Source of the DNA: Podarcis pityusensis
Taxonomy: Eukaryota
Direction: 5' to 3' (one strand)
DNA: 64,000 nt
Assembly (NCBI GenBank): GCA_964106645.2
Contig: OZ078259.1
Both the position numbers and the translations under genes were made by a program. Positions 48,901 through 61,511 of the stretch are shown here, piece by piece (the stretch's first letter is position 1; every line of letters starts with the position of its first letter). The notes beneath the pieces were generated by a model. The model made no database searches. It was given only the letters and a program-made list of their open reading frames with translations, and was not told the DNA's origin.

Positions 48901-51900
48901 AGGAAAATACTTTTGGGGGGCCTTTTTTAGGACATCAAAAACACACACAACAGGAAACTGAGCTTGACAAATGACCTGACTTTGATATCTCTTGATCAAA
49001 CCCACAGCTCATTAGATGGCTTAGCATTATAAACACAAGGCAGTAAACCTGTTGAAGGCTTAGGATGGAAGTTGAGCAGATGACCCATGTACAGTTTTTG
49101 AATCAAAGCAATAAATCTGAGAGCAGCAGAGCAAATGGTCTGATCAGACACAACAGTGTTCTCCCTACCCCACTCTGCTTGCAGATTCCTCCCCCATAAG
49201 AAGTGTCTGGCTGGATCAGATCAATGTTTCAGTGTCAAGAGTTGAAAAATGAATTGCTTCGTTGCGTCTTGATTATGAGAAGTAATGTTCCTTATCGTAG
49301 GCTTTGCAGATAAGCTAGCATCTTGACTACTGCATCTGGTTCTTGGTGCCAAATTTTTAGAAAGATGATAAGCTTCTGGGCAAACTTCTGGGGATCACAC
49401 AACTGGTGGGGCAAACGGCAAATGTAGGCAGGGCAACACATGCAAATTTAATGTTTGTACAGCTGCAAGGTGTCTGTCTCAGGTTCTGGGCACTCAAAAT
49501 GTGGAGCTTCCATTTAGTTTTCATGCCTAATGGTCATTGGCAGATAAAATTGGACCCACCCCTTTTACAAGGTATAGAAATGCAAAAGTGAGTTGGGGGT
49601 GGTGCAGAGCACCCAAGAACTGCAGTGGAGTCTGTGCATTAGACTGACTCACCAACCTCACACTGCCCTTAGCTAACCCCTGCTTGCCTTCTTACATTCA
49701 TCCTGTCCAGGGGATGGCCCTGACTCCTCTTTAGTGCCAGTGCTGCCCTTGCAGAACTCAGCAAAGAGGAGGAGAAGCAATAAAATTAGTTAGCTCTGCT
49801 TATCATTGGCTCAGGCTCCATCCATGGTTGGTCTCTCTGCCCTAGCTAGCTTACTAAGCAACAGTCATGGCTGGTAAAGAGTAAAGGGAGATCAGTGGAG
49901 GATGCTACAGAAATATGATGTGCTTTTGAATGTTCCTAGGATGCCTGACAGCATGAAAAAGAAGCCTCTGCAGTCTGTGTGGCTACAGGTGGATTGAGGC
50001 CACTACACCTTCCTGCACCAGGGTACAGCCATCTGGCATTTTGTACAGGACAGCTGATTTATTGCCTCCCTAGCTTGTTATCTCACATTTAAATTCGACC
50101 CCGTTCTGCTTCCCTCAAATCACCGTTCTGCTCTGTTTACTCTTACAATAATGTCCAAACAACCTAACTTTTACCTTTTCAATCACCTCGGCTGGGTCTT
50201 TAATTTCCTCCTGTTTGTGGGGCAAATAGATTGTAATGGTTTTCTTATAACTCATTTACTATGCAGAGAGAGATAACCAGCCGTACTGTGTCAGGTTTGC
50301 TGTTCACATTAAGTGCGGTTCAAGAGGTTCACCAAACATCGCAGAGCCGTAACAAGGAAACAATTCAATGCATCGTTTGGCCATTTCTGCAGGCAATATT
50401 ACAGAAACTATGATGAAACCAGATTTCGTTCCTGCTTGGCCCACCGATTGCAACCTGTCAAATTATCCAGGATTTTAAATCATGTTTCCTTGATTTAATT
50501 TTTTTGAGTTTCTTTTTATATCACTGGCCAAAGGTAATACTTACATTCATTCAGGGCCAGATTAAGATACACTGAGAGCCTAAATGAGGTCAGGTTTAAG
50601 AGGCCCCATAGCATTAACTCCCCCAAATGTGCATCATTCTACAATTTTTTACCCAATTAGGTAAATCCTGAAGTATTTAGAGCTCCACTCATTATCTGAG
50701 GCCGTAAATTGTAGCATAACTTGTGTGTAAATCCAGCACTGCATTCATTGCCCCATCCAGTTTTGCCTCTGGCTCTGCCCACCACTGGGCATGTGGGACA
50801 TAAATGTGATAATAAACAAAGAAACATATCCTCAAGGATGAAACCTTCCTGATCTTGCTACCCTTCCACTAGCTGGTATTTTCTCCTAACATCAAATGTT
50901 CCTTTAATACAAAATAAAAGGCTGTATTTAGGACCAATCCAGACCACCGGTTCCTCTTCCCTCAAGATTGTCTAATCTGACACTTTTTTCAGGGCCTCTC
51001 AGAGAGAGAAGGGTTTTCCTCATCACTTCCAACTTAGTTTTTTTTTTAAATGAAGATGCTAAGGCCCAGCCTGGGACTCTCCACCTGAAGCCATGTGCTC
51101 TACCACTGACTGAGCTGTGCTTTAAATAATATTTTTTCTTGCCATACCTGTTCACATTTACAGGTAGAATTTACATTCATTGCTCTGCCCACTTGTGCCT
51201 CTGGCTCCGCCCGCTACTGGGCATGTGGCCCTCAGAAGGTTTCTCAGAAGGCAATGTGGCCCCCAGTCTGAAGAAGTTCCCCACCTCTGGTCTATAGAGC
51301 AAACTGGCCTGTAGCCTTACAGTAGGAAAACCCTGGCAGGACTCAGTAGCTGGATCACAGCCTGGCTTTAAAGGGGGCGGTGTGGTGGGGGAAGAATGTT
51401 TTCCAAAGGATCCAGAGTTTCTTGTAGTGAAGTAAACATTGACTGAAGGGATGCGTCCTCTGCTTAATAATCACCCTGTAATTGACAGTGGCCCGTTCCA
51501 TCACTGTCGCCCTCACAGATTCAATGGCATTGCTCCCTCCCAGCGCTTTGATGGCAGAATTTATGGGGAATCAAATTATTGCCGCAAGAAGAGAATTAAA
51601 ACGATCCTTCATTTGCAAAAAGTCCCTGAGATTGCCTCAGCGTTGCTCCACCTTTGGGAGTCTAAATGCGTCTCCCCCTCCCGCAACACCCATTGCTCTT
51701 TACAAGCTCGGCAATTGCACGCTACAGATTATAGCTGCAATTTTCTTCTAATCTGCTCTGGAGCCGAGAAACTATTTTATATAGAGAGATTAAAAATAAA
51801 AAATAAAGTTCAGGGCGCCGGTTGAACTCATTAAAAAAAAAGAGAGAGAGCAGCACAGGCAATTAAAAAAAGCTGAATGGATTAACGAGCGGCAATTATT

Positions 51901-52522
51901 TGGGGGAGAACTGTAGTTTCAGGCTATATGCTGCAAAGGGTTGTGGGGAAAGGCTAAGCTGGAGTTATGTGTGTGGCGTTTGGCTCTGCATCCATAGGAA
52001 ACATGCCACAACAGCCACAAGAACATCAAATGGTATTAGGTGCATAGAGATTCATCCACGCACACCTGTAGGAACTTAACAGACTCAGCAAGATTGATTC
52101 CACCTCAACAGGTGAATCAAACCTAAATATTGTTACACAGCACCCCAATCTCTGAGCAATGAGGAATCCCAGAGGTTCCAGGGGCTTACTCAGGGTTCAT
52201 GTTTCTTTCGGGAATGAGGCACAGTGGAGACTGCAGTGTTCACTCTCTCACACAGATTTTAATTGTAGTTTAAGGTATTTTTGTATTTTGAATCTTTATG
52301 TAAATTCAGCAAGTGCCGGAGGGCAGCCTCGCGCTCCTTCCCGTGGCCGCGGTGTCCCGGAAGCTCACCAGCTATGCTTTCTTGCTTGCTCCACAATGGC
52401 AGCCATCTTTATATTTTTATTTTTTTTAAAGCGAGTTACAGTACTAGCACTCATGGTGGCAGTGACAGAAATAAATGAGGACAATGTAGATTGAATAGGG
52501 AAGCTCGTGGGCTTTAAGTACA

Positions 52523-52523
<1 letters not shown>

Positions 52524-52555
<32 letters not shown>
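52524..52555. repeat. (CA)n microsatellite
   Basis: Direct reading. Confidence 0.95.
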
Positions 52556-52556
<1 letters not shown>

Positions 52557-52894
52557 CTTCCTGCTGCAGAGTCAGAATGGTGGTGGCATAATTAGGAAGA
52601 TTTGAAGTGGAAGAGGCATTACTGTGGGGAAGGGAAGACTTTGTAAGGTTTAAAGGCCCACACCTTAGGATTACATAGCAAAAGTAGCCCATACACGTCA
52701 ATAGCATTTGCTCCTCTTTTTTTTAATGTTGCTATGGCAGGTTCCTTGTGAAAGGGTTATTGTCTATGTATCAGAATGATGGGCCTCTTTATGAAATAAA
52801 AATACCTTTTGCATTCTACTGCACAAAACTATCAATTATTGTTTTAGCACTGGTTCTTTTAGGTAACTAGCTTGTGACAAACAAGTCTTAAGAA

Positions 52895-53134
52895 CATGGG
52901 TAGGCAAACTAAGGCCCAGGGCCTGGATCCGGCCCAATCGCCTTCTAAATCTGCCCCCTGCCTGGTGTTTTTACATGAGTAGAATGTGAGCTTTTATTTA
53001 AAATGCATCTCTGGGTTATTTGTGCGGCATAGAAATTTGTTCATTTATTTATTTTTTCAAAATATAGTCCGGCCCCCCACAAGGTCTGAGGGACAGTGGA
53101 CCGGCCCCCTGCTGAAAAAGTTTGCTGACCCCTG
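52895..53134 (-). mobile_element. hAT (Charlie-like) MITE
   Basis: Reverse copy of 20948-21191; perfect 8-bp TSD CTTAAGAA. Confidence 0.92.
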
Positions 53135-54059
53135 CTTAAGAACATGAGGAGATTATATTATTACTAATTGAATGTTATCCATTACCTACCCACCCTTCAC
53201 CGAGAGGTCCCATGGTATGTTACAATATTGTATTGACTAGATAGGTTATGTTCTCTCTGGGTGACACTACTGTTGCCCTGTCTAGTCATTTGCTATACAG
53301 ACTAAGGAGAATGATTGTGGCAGCAGGGTGGTTTGCAAAAGGAGGATGTCAAATAAGAGAATACTCAGTATTCATAACTACTCAGTAATGGTCAGCGTCT
53401 CTGCTCTTCTACTGTGTGATTAGCTACTGCTATTTCCTATTCTGTTTCAACTTTTAAACGCCTGCTGAAAACTTTTCCATTCCATCAGGCTTATGCAGAC
53501 AATTAATAATACATCTTTCCATAATACTTAGCTGATTTCTGATTTTAACGTTTTGAAAACATTTAACATTTTTCTATGTTTTGCATTGCATGAGTCTACA
53601 TATAATTGCTGTGAAGCACTTTGGTTCTTTTTATATGAAAAGTGGTGCATAAATGTTTTTATAAATAAAGTAAATAAAATTTATTTACTTAGGAAGGTTT
53701 GTATACTACTGCTTAATAATAACAATTTCTAAAAATAAAAAAAAACTGTAAGCAACTTACATAAAATGATTTAGTAAGAAAATACCATTAAAATCAACAG
53801 ATTGTTATAAAACAAGTAGGCATAATACGATTCTCAATATATAGATAAAACCAATAGTTAAATAAAAAACAATATCGATAAAACTAACAGAATTAGTACA
53901 AGCCCCTTCTAAAAACCCAGCAGGGTTGGTTTGCCATGTTTTAAAGGAACTGAAGCAATAAGCATTATCAAGAAATCTAAATTAAACAACAACACTGACT
54001 TCACAAAACTAAAGTTCCCAGCACCATTGATGAATTATAGTTCTTCACAAGTGTTAAAG

Positions 54060-54770
54060 GGGTGGAATAATGCTATCTTTCTAAGGAAAAATATCAAATC
54101 TCACAGGGCCCTAGTCTCTTGTGAGAGTGTTCCACCAGGCCAGAGCCATGGCCGAAAGGCCCTGGCTCTGGTCGAGGCCAGTCTGATCTCCCTGGGGCCC
54201 AGAATCTTCAGGGTGTTGTTATTTGCAGACTGTAAGATCCTTCATGGGACATACCAGGAGAGGGGGTCCCATAGGTACAATGGTTCTAGGTCGTATAGGG
54301 CTTTAAAGATTAAAACCAGCACCTTAAACCTGACCCTGTACTCCACTGTGAGCCAGTGCAGCTGGTATAGCACTGGATGAATGTGGACCCGCGGCACGGA
54401 CCCTGTAACGAGCCTCACAGCGGCATTCTGTACCTGCTGGAGTTTCTGGGTCAGTTTCAAGGGTAGCCCCATGTGGAGTGAGTTACAATATCAAGCCTGG
54501 AAGTGACCGTCGCATGGATCACAGTGGCGAAGTCGGGATGAGAGAGGTAGAGGACCAACTGCTTAGCTTGGCGGAGATGAAAAAATGCCACCTTTATAAT
54601 AGCTGTAACCTGCGCCTCCATAGAAAGGAAGGTGTTGAAGATTACACCCAAACTCCTGACGGAAGGCGCCAGCACTAATTGCACCCCTGCAAGGGATGGG
54701 AGTTGGCCCCCCAACCCCATATCATCTCGACCCAGCCCAAGGACTTCTGTCTTCAAAGGATTTAACTTCT
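54060..54770 (-). mobile_element. L2 LINE ORF2 fragment
   Basis: KTEVL...VRSLGVIF...HATVTSRLD(YCN) / GLPLKLTQKLQQVQNAAVRLVTG...HPVLYQLHWL, the typical L2 post-RT region; frameshifted. A smaller L2 piece lies at about 58820-59120(-). Confidence 0.9.
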
Positions 54771-55248
54771 ACCAGCTCCCATGTAGACATCTAGCCACAG
54801 TTTCACCTTGCTCTTTGGTTAGATGCCTGGGCTCAACCCTGCTAGGATCCCAAGCCTCCCTGTCTCTTTCCTCTGAGCAGAACTGAGTATTCCAGAGTAT
54901 GGTGTCAGACCCCACCAATGCATATAATCTACAAAGTTTCTACATGAAGGCACTTACATGAAGGAGAGAAGGCAAGGCTTTGCTCACTGCATTCTCCAAC
55001 AATCACATGCAGAGAGGTTTCTTAAAAAATATTATAATCATGCAATTGTTTCTGTTGAGAACATAATCCTCAAAAAGCTGCAGTCAAATTAAAGTGTGAG
55101 ATTTGGGGTGCAGTATTCTATTTATGACTCCTTCTTTCAAAGAAGCCACAGAAGTTTATGGAGGTTTCTCAGCTAATTCAAGGCAAAACCAGTAGTAGAA
55201 TTGCTTGGGACTCAATTCCATGGCTGGCGTAAAACATTTTGCTGCATA

Positions 55249-55347
55249 CAATGGGAGCTCACCTCGTCACAGGGATTCGAACCGCCGACCTTCTGATCGG
55301 CAAGCCCTAGGCTCTGTGGTTTTAGACCACAGCGCCACCCGCGTCCC
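55249..55347 (-). mobile_element. Sauria SINE (Squam1) 5' head only
   Basis: Reverse strand GGGACGCGGGTGGCGCTGTGGTCTAAA...GGCGGTTCGAATCCC...GGTGAGCTCCC; body and tail are missing. Confidence 0.88.
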
Positions 55348-58300
55348 TTGGTAATCTAAAGCTGTAATCTTGTGCCCACCTACCTGGGAGTAAACCCCAT
55401 TGAACTCAAGGGGACTTACTTCTGATTTCTATGAATAGGATTGCACTGTAGGTGAGTTGCACTTAGACCCTGTGGGAATCAGTTAGACTTAATTCATTCC
55501 TAACTTATGAGACCTAACTGCAACTGTCTTAGTCTGGATCTAACTCCCTGCACATACAATAAAAAGATCACCATGAGCCTCAGATGCTATTTCCAACCTA
55601 CGCAGGGGAATCACCAAAGTGCGATGCAGCCTTTGGAAGCGTGACCCTGCCCACAATAGCCTACTTTGCCTTACACCAAAATAACCTCAGTGCAATTCTA
55701 ACATAATTAATAACTCCTTAATGTTTTTGTTTTGTCTTGAAGGATGGTGGGGGTGGCGGGAATGACTTATGGACAGGATTTATAATAGCCCTTTCTTCTC
55801 AAATGGGAACATTAAAAAGAGGAGTGTGAGAGAGGGAGAGGGGAGAGTTGGAGCTTGAATAAAACAAAATAACTTCATATGTTGGTTTTCAGAGACACAG
55901 TACAGGAGTTTCTCATGCCCAGAGCCCATCAAGGAAGCCATTTAGTTGCTGATTTGCAAGGGAGGGACTCCTTAGTCCTGCGGTGTTAATGTCTTTCCAG
56001 TGGGGGGTCTATTGCCAAATTCCAAACTCATCAACACAATCTATTATTAATAACCCCTCGAAAGGCTGTTGTGGCAGCATTATTGCGGAAGGCACTGAAA
56101 GCTTGGTGGTGTCATCCGTTATCTAGATTGCGGGTGGGGGGTATGGAGGGAGGGGGGAAACATAGGGAAATAAAACACAAGCGTCGACATTTTATAAACA
56201 AAATGTTTCATGTGCTACATCTCCTCGCCTTCCCTCCGTATAAAAACAGTGGGGTGCAGGAAGAAGATACTGGCAGAGATTTGCTATTGTGGGGCGGGGA
56301 GAGGAGCTGACATTTGGCTGCAAACTTTGCTTCCTTGATTTGTTGCTTGGGAGAGCGAAGAAGCATTTTTCTATTCCTCCCGCCCCCAACCTTGCAAAAT
56401 AATGAGCTCCCACTTCATAATAACATTAGAAGATAAGAAGAGTCTGCTAGATCACATTCAAGGCCCATCTAGTCCAGCATCCTGTTCTCATCATGACCAA
56501 CCAAATGCCTCTTGGAAAGCTCACAAGCAGGACCCAATCATTGCAAAAGCACTCTCCCTTCCTGCAGTCTCCAGCAACTGGTATTTGAAGGCATGCTATA
56601 GCATGGCCTCCATCATGGGTAACATCTGTTGATAGCCTTGTCCTCCATAAACTTGTCTGATCCTCTTTTAAAGCCATCCAAGGTGGTCACCATCACAGCC
56701 TCCAGTGAGAGCAAGTTCCATAGTCTAACAACTATGTGGAGTCCTTTCTTTTATCTTTCCTGAATTTTCCAACATTCAGCTTCATAAGATGTCCACAAGT
56801 TCTAGTGTTAAGAGAGAGCGAGAAAAACCTTTCTCTACTCACTTTCTCCATGCCTTGCGAAGTTTTGTATCATGTCACATCTTACTCGCCTTTTCTTTCA
56901 ACTAAGTAGTTCCAACATGTCTGGACATGTTGAGGTGGGCAGGAGTTCTGGGGTTCAGAAAAATGGCTTTTACCTGGGAGACATAGGGCTGAAATCCCTT
57001 ACTTTTGATGCCCATTGGTTGTACACGACCACTTTTTTTTTAGTAAACCCATGCAAATTAACGGGCCTAAAGTACTCTCCAGCTTATGAATCTATGCCTC
57101 GTGGCAGGTATGAATGCAGAACGTATTGGTGTAGGCTCTGTGTGGGCACCTGTCCTAATCAGATGTGTGACCAGCAAGCACATCCTCCCATCTTGGGGCA
57201 CCTCAAGCCGGGGATCCAATATGGCCCTCAATCCCAATCTGTCCTCAGGACTCTCCATGGGCCATATACCCTTCTGAGCCACATTGCTCACCAGCCCTGA
57301 TTTGTACCCTCAATGAGTGTTCTTGCCTGGCTGGAATATGCCCTTGTATAAAAGGCATAAACCTTGTATTAGGTTCTTCTTTGCCACTGACTGGTCTAGA
57401 GACAAGAACTACAGAAGGGGGAGGGCCCTCCTGGCTCAGTGGTAGAGCATCCACTTTGCATGCAGAAGATTCCAGGTTCAATCCCCAGCATATACAGGTA
57501 GGGCTGGGAATGAATGCTTCTTAACATTGGGTCCCCAGATGTTGTTGGACTACACCTCCCATCATCCTACCTAGCTTATTGTTTATTTTAGTGTTTTCCC
57601 CCCACAGGTTTTTAATTTGTTGGTTTTAACTTTTTTTCACTGAAAATTTCATTGTTTTTGTAAAGAGCTTCGAGGGGACTTCTTCCTTTTTTTGTTACAG
57701 TCAAGTGGCCTATAAATTTGAAGAAATAAATAAATAAAACAATGCCCTTTATTACCAGCGAGTTTGCTCTGAGTAGGAGTAGCGCTGGATCCAACTCCCT
57801 GTAGATGTGGGCGTTTTTAAAATCCTTTTTATATGCCCTGATGGAAATTCATGGGTTAAATTGCTCTCTTTCCGAACCCTCAGCTCAGAAAGATATTAAA
57901 GTGGAATTAAAGCTTTTCACACTCCCCTTCCTTGGGTCTCACAGGAGTTTTTATTTTATTTTATCCGCTGTGTTTAATTGTACATAGCAGCAGGGTTCTG
58001 AGTGACAGGTACACCAAAGAAACATGGGGGTAGAGTTAAGTCGGCAACCTCCCGGTCCTTGCTAATCCGCCTTGTTCCTTCAAGGCAGATTTGATTTTGC
58101 AACCAGCTTGTGAAAAGATTGTTCACCCCTCCTTACCTTCGCTCCCTTCCAAAGAGATTGTTGTGGCTTTCTCTTTTCTTTCCTGGAAAAGTGGGGTTGC
58201 TCTAGCAGAGTCACTCCACACTCACAAACCCTTAGAGAGAATGGGATGCAGGGGTGTGTAGCAAGCCCCCCCCCCCAAATTTGGGATTAGCTAAAGGGGG

Positions 58301-59575
58301 GGAACAAAAGTCAACAGGAAGACAGGAGTCAGAACAAATAGGAATTACCACCCCCTAAATAATGCAATGTGACAAGGTGGGGTGGGGGAGGAAATAAGAT
58401 GTGGGGAAGGAGGAGAAAACTGAGCAGCAAAATGGTGAGCAATTTATTTTCTGGGGGTGGGGAGAACACCAGAAGCTTCTTTATACTGAACCAGACCCTG
58501 GCTGGCAGCAGCTCTCCAAGGTTTCAGATTGGTCAGTCTCCAAGCCATACCTTGATTGAACCTGCACATGCAAAGTGTGTGCTATACCACTCAGCTATCA
58601 TCCTTCCCCTAACGATAAAGTAAGATTCTAGTCCTTTGAGGAAACTGCCTTACACTAAGAGGACCATTGGTCCACCTAGCTCAGCATTGATCCCTCCCAG
58701 CCACACCTGGAGATAGCAGCAGAGATTGAACCTGGGACCTTCTGAATGCAAAATCAGATGCTCTGCTGCTGAGCTATGGTCCTTCACTATCCTGTGTTGG
58801 ACAGTTCTAATACAGATGCAGACTTGGAAAGATTTCAACTTAAAAAGCTTTTGGAAGAGGAAGGTCTTCAGCAGGTGCCAAAAAGGCAGCAGAGATGGTG
58901 CCTAACATGTAAGGGAAGGGCATTCCAAAGGGTTGGTACCACCATACTAAACGCCTGATTTCTTAATTGTGCAGAATAGACTTCTGGGTAAGATGGTATC
59001 TACAGGAGGCCCTCACCTGTAGAGTGCAGTCATGAACTGGGTCTATATAGGGATGAGATAATCTTTCAGGCATCCTGTTCCCAAGGTGTGGGGTTTTATG
59101 CACCAAAACCAGCACCTTTAATCTGGAAGGAATCTCAGAGGTCATTTAGTCTTCCCGCTTAATGCAGGTTCTACAATGCTGGATGTAACTCCAGCATCTG
59201 GCAAATGTCCATCCAACCTCTTTTTAAAGATGTCTGGTGAAGGAGATCTGATCTCCTCCCAAGGAAGGCTGTTCCACAGTCAAGCAGCTGTTATTGTTAG
59301 GGAGCTTCTCCTAATATTTAATAAATATCTGCTTCGTGCTCCTACTAATCCTGTCTTCTGTAACAACCAGGATGGCAATGCCTCCTACCTGACAGAGGGC
59401 AGTCCTCTATTTCATTGCTTGTCAGAGGACACCCCTCCTCTCATGATATGCCATCATACAGGTGTCCAAACCAGGCCTGAACAGTGATTGTTTGATTTTA
59501 TACCAATGTTATATATTTGATGTTAGCTGCCCTGAGCCCGGTTTCAGCTGGGGAGGGCGGGATACAAATAAAAGT

Positions 59576-59604
59576 TTATTATTATTATTATTATTATTAT
59601 TATT
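59576..59604. repeat. (ATT)n microsatellite at a LINE-type tail
   Basis: Follows ...ggagggcgggatacaaataaaag. Confidence 0.9.
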
Positions 59605-60613
59605 GAAATGGGTCTGGAAAATCAGTCTAATGAAATAATGCCTGCAAGTGGCCAGTGGCCACTTAAGGAGTGGCCTCACTGCTACATTTTTCAGGTGGCC
59701 TGAGACCACTCCTGCTCTCTCAAAAGGGCATTAATTATTACGTTGTCCCAGTTTGCAGGCTCCTCCTTGCAAAGTGTTATCAGTCACAAGGGGCAAGAAG
59801 GCAGGTAGTAGCTCACACCTATCTGAGCACCTGGACTGCATCCTCAGACCTTAGCAGCTAAAATTCATCCACTAATCCAGACATCACTCTGGACAGCCCT
59901 GGAAACTGACCAGTCAGAATAGTGGAATCTAGGTCTTTGCAGATACAAGCAATTTTACCCTCAAAATGCCTCACAAGGTAAGTCACAGTGGCTACTTGGG
60001 TCCCACCACTTCCTTGGGGCCAGCATATAAAAGGCTCCATATCAACTTGCAAACTCTACTGCATTTACTGTCACAGAGTAAACTCAGTAAGGATGACACA
60101 CTTGTGTTCAGATGTATTCACTTGGAGCCTCAAAATGTCTGACAGTATGGGGATCTCATGGTGGTTGTGGGGCTGGGGGGGTGTCCCGCTATCCCTGCTC
60201 CTCCACTGAAATCCCAAGGTTTGTGATCCTTTACCTTTGCACCTTCAACATAGGGATGGACGCAAAAGAGAAACAGAAGAGGATCACAAAAGGTTGAAAG
60301 GGTCGACACAGGGTGGGCTTTGCCAGCCTTTCTGCACTCCCTGTTTCAGCTTCTGATGTTGGGATGCCCTACCTGCCTGTCAAAGTTGGCCCATAAGGTA
60401 GGAGCAAAAAGTTTCCAAATCCTGATCTAAAAAGTTAGTGTAGGGTGGCTTAGGGGGCTAGTTAGGGATGAGGGGTAGGCAGGACTGACAAGCAACATTA
60501 TCAGGAACACAGTTTCTAGTACTATTGCTAATTATGCATGGACACAAAATGCTTGTGTGTGCCTTACTTTATCCTTGCCAACCCAATAACTGCCTGGGCA
60601 AGATAGTTAATAC

Positions 60614-61262
60614 CAGTACTTTTTTTCTGGTGGTAGTCAATGGTACACGGTACCAGCACCTTTTTCTTTTTTTCCAGAGTTGGAGATGGTCCAACTTTCC
60701 ACCCCGTCCCACAGGCATGACCTGCTGGGCCCTGAGCCTGGACCTGGAGAGGGCAGGAAACCAGAGGCTGAGCTGCTGCCCCTTCCTTGCCCTGAGTTGA
60801 TGTGGATGGAGGCCCCAAGAGGAGCCACCGAAAGGGGCAGGAGGAGCCTCTCTCCTCAGCCTGGAGCACACCCAGTACTGGCTTGGGCCGCCCCAGAGGC
60901 TTCCAACCTCCAGCACAGCTCCTGGCCTCCTCTCCATCCTCTTGGCGGCAGAGTGGAAGGAGAGGAAAGCCTCAGGAGCGCTGAGCACGACCCCCTTTCC
61001 CAGCCCACACCACACTCCTTGTTGGACTGGTGGCAGCAAGGCGAGCAAGGAGAGGCAAGACAGGACAGTGGCATCAGAGTTGCCTTCCCCACCCCAGACA
61101 AATCTTCTCCTTTCTGCTTCACTATGCCCAGCCTTGCTGGTGCCCAAGGTTCAAGGTATGCCCCGCTCTCCCTCCCTCCCTCCCCTCCTCTTTCTTCATC
61201 CCCCACCTTGCTAGAAATTCCCTGGGCAGCGTGAGTACCAGCACCCTTTTCCCTAGAAAATA
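60614..61262. mobile_element. CAGTGC-family hAT element with ~550 bp GC-rich internal cargo
   Basis: Ends match the short 39024-39161 family (gtaccagcaccttttt motifs). TSD GTTAATAC; the right copy is split by the next element. Confidence 0.7.
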
Positions 61263-61269
61263 GTTAATA

Positions 61270-61511
61270 CAGTGGTGCCTCGGGTTAAGTACTTAATTCG
61301 TTCCGGAGGTCCGTTCTTAACCTGGAACTGTTCTTAACCTGAAGCACCACTTTAGCTAATGGGGCCTCCTGCTGCCGCCGTGCCACCGGAGCATGATTTC
61401 TGTTCTCATCCTGAAGCAAAGTTCTTAACCTGAAGCACTATTTCTGGGTTAGCGGAGTCTGCAACCTGAAGTGTATGTAACCTGAAGCGTACGTAACCCA
61501 AGGTACCACTG
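61270..61511 (-). mobile_element. Tigger/mariner-type MITE
   Basis: CAGTGGT(G/A)CCT TIRs, TA TSD. Confidence 0.9.

Noticed and set aside
57421-57512. tRNA-Ala-like sequences (also 27268, 62667, 44029)
   Set aside because: No complete cloverleaf or acceptor stem, and each continues into a shared SINE body.
60569-61234. Overlapping 184-aa and 192-aa ORFs as a gene
   Set aside because: GC-rich sequence open in many frames inside transposon ends, with no known domain. Kept only as possible cargo.
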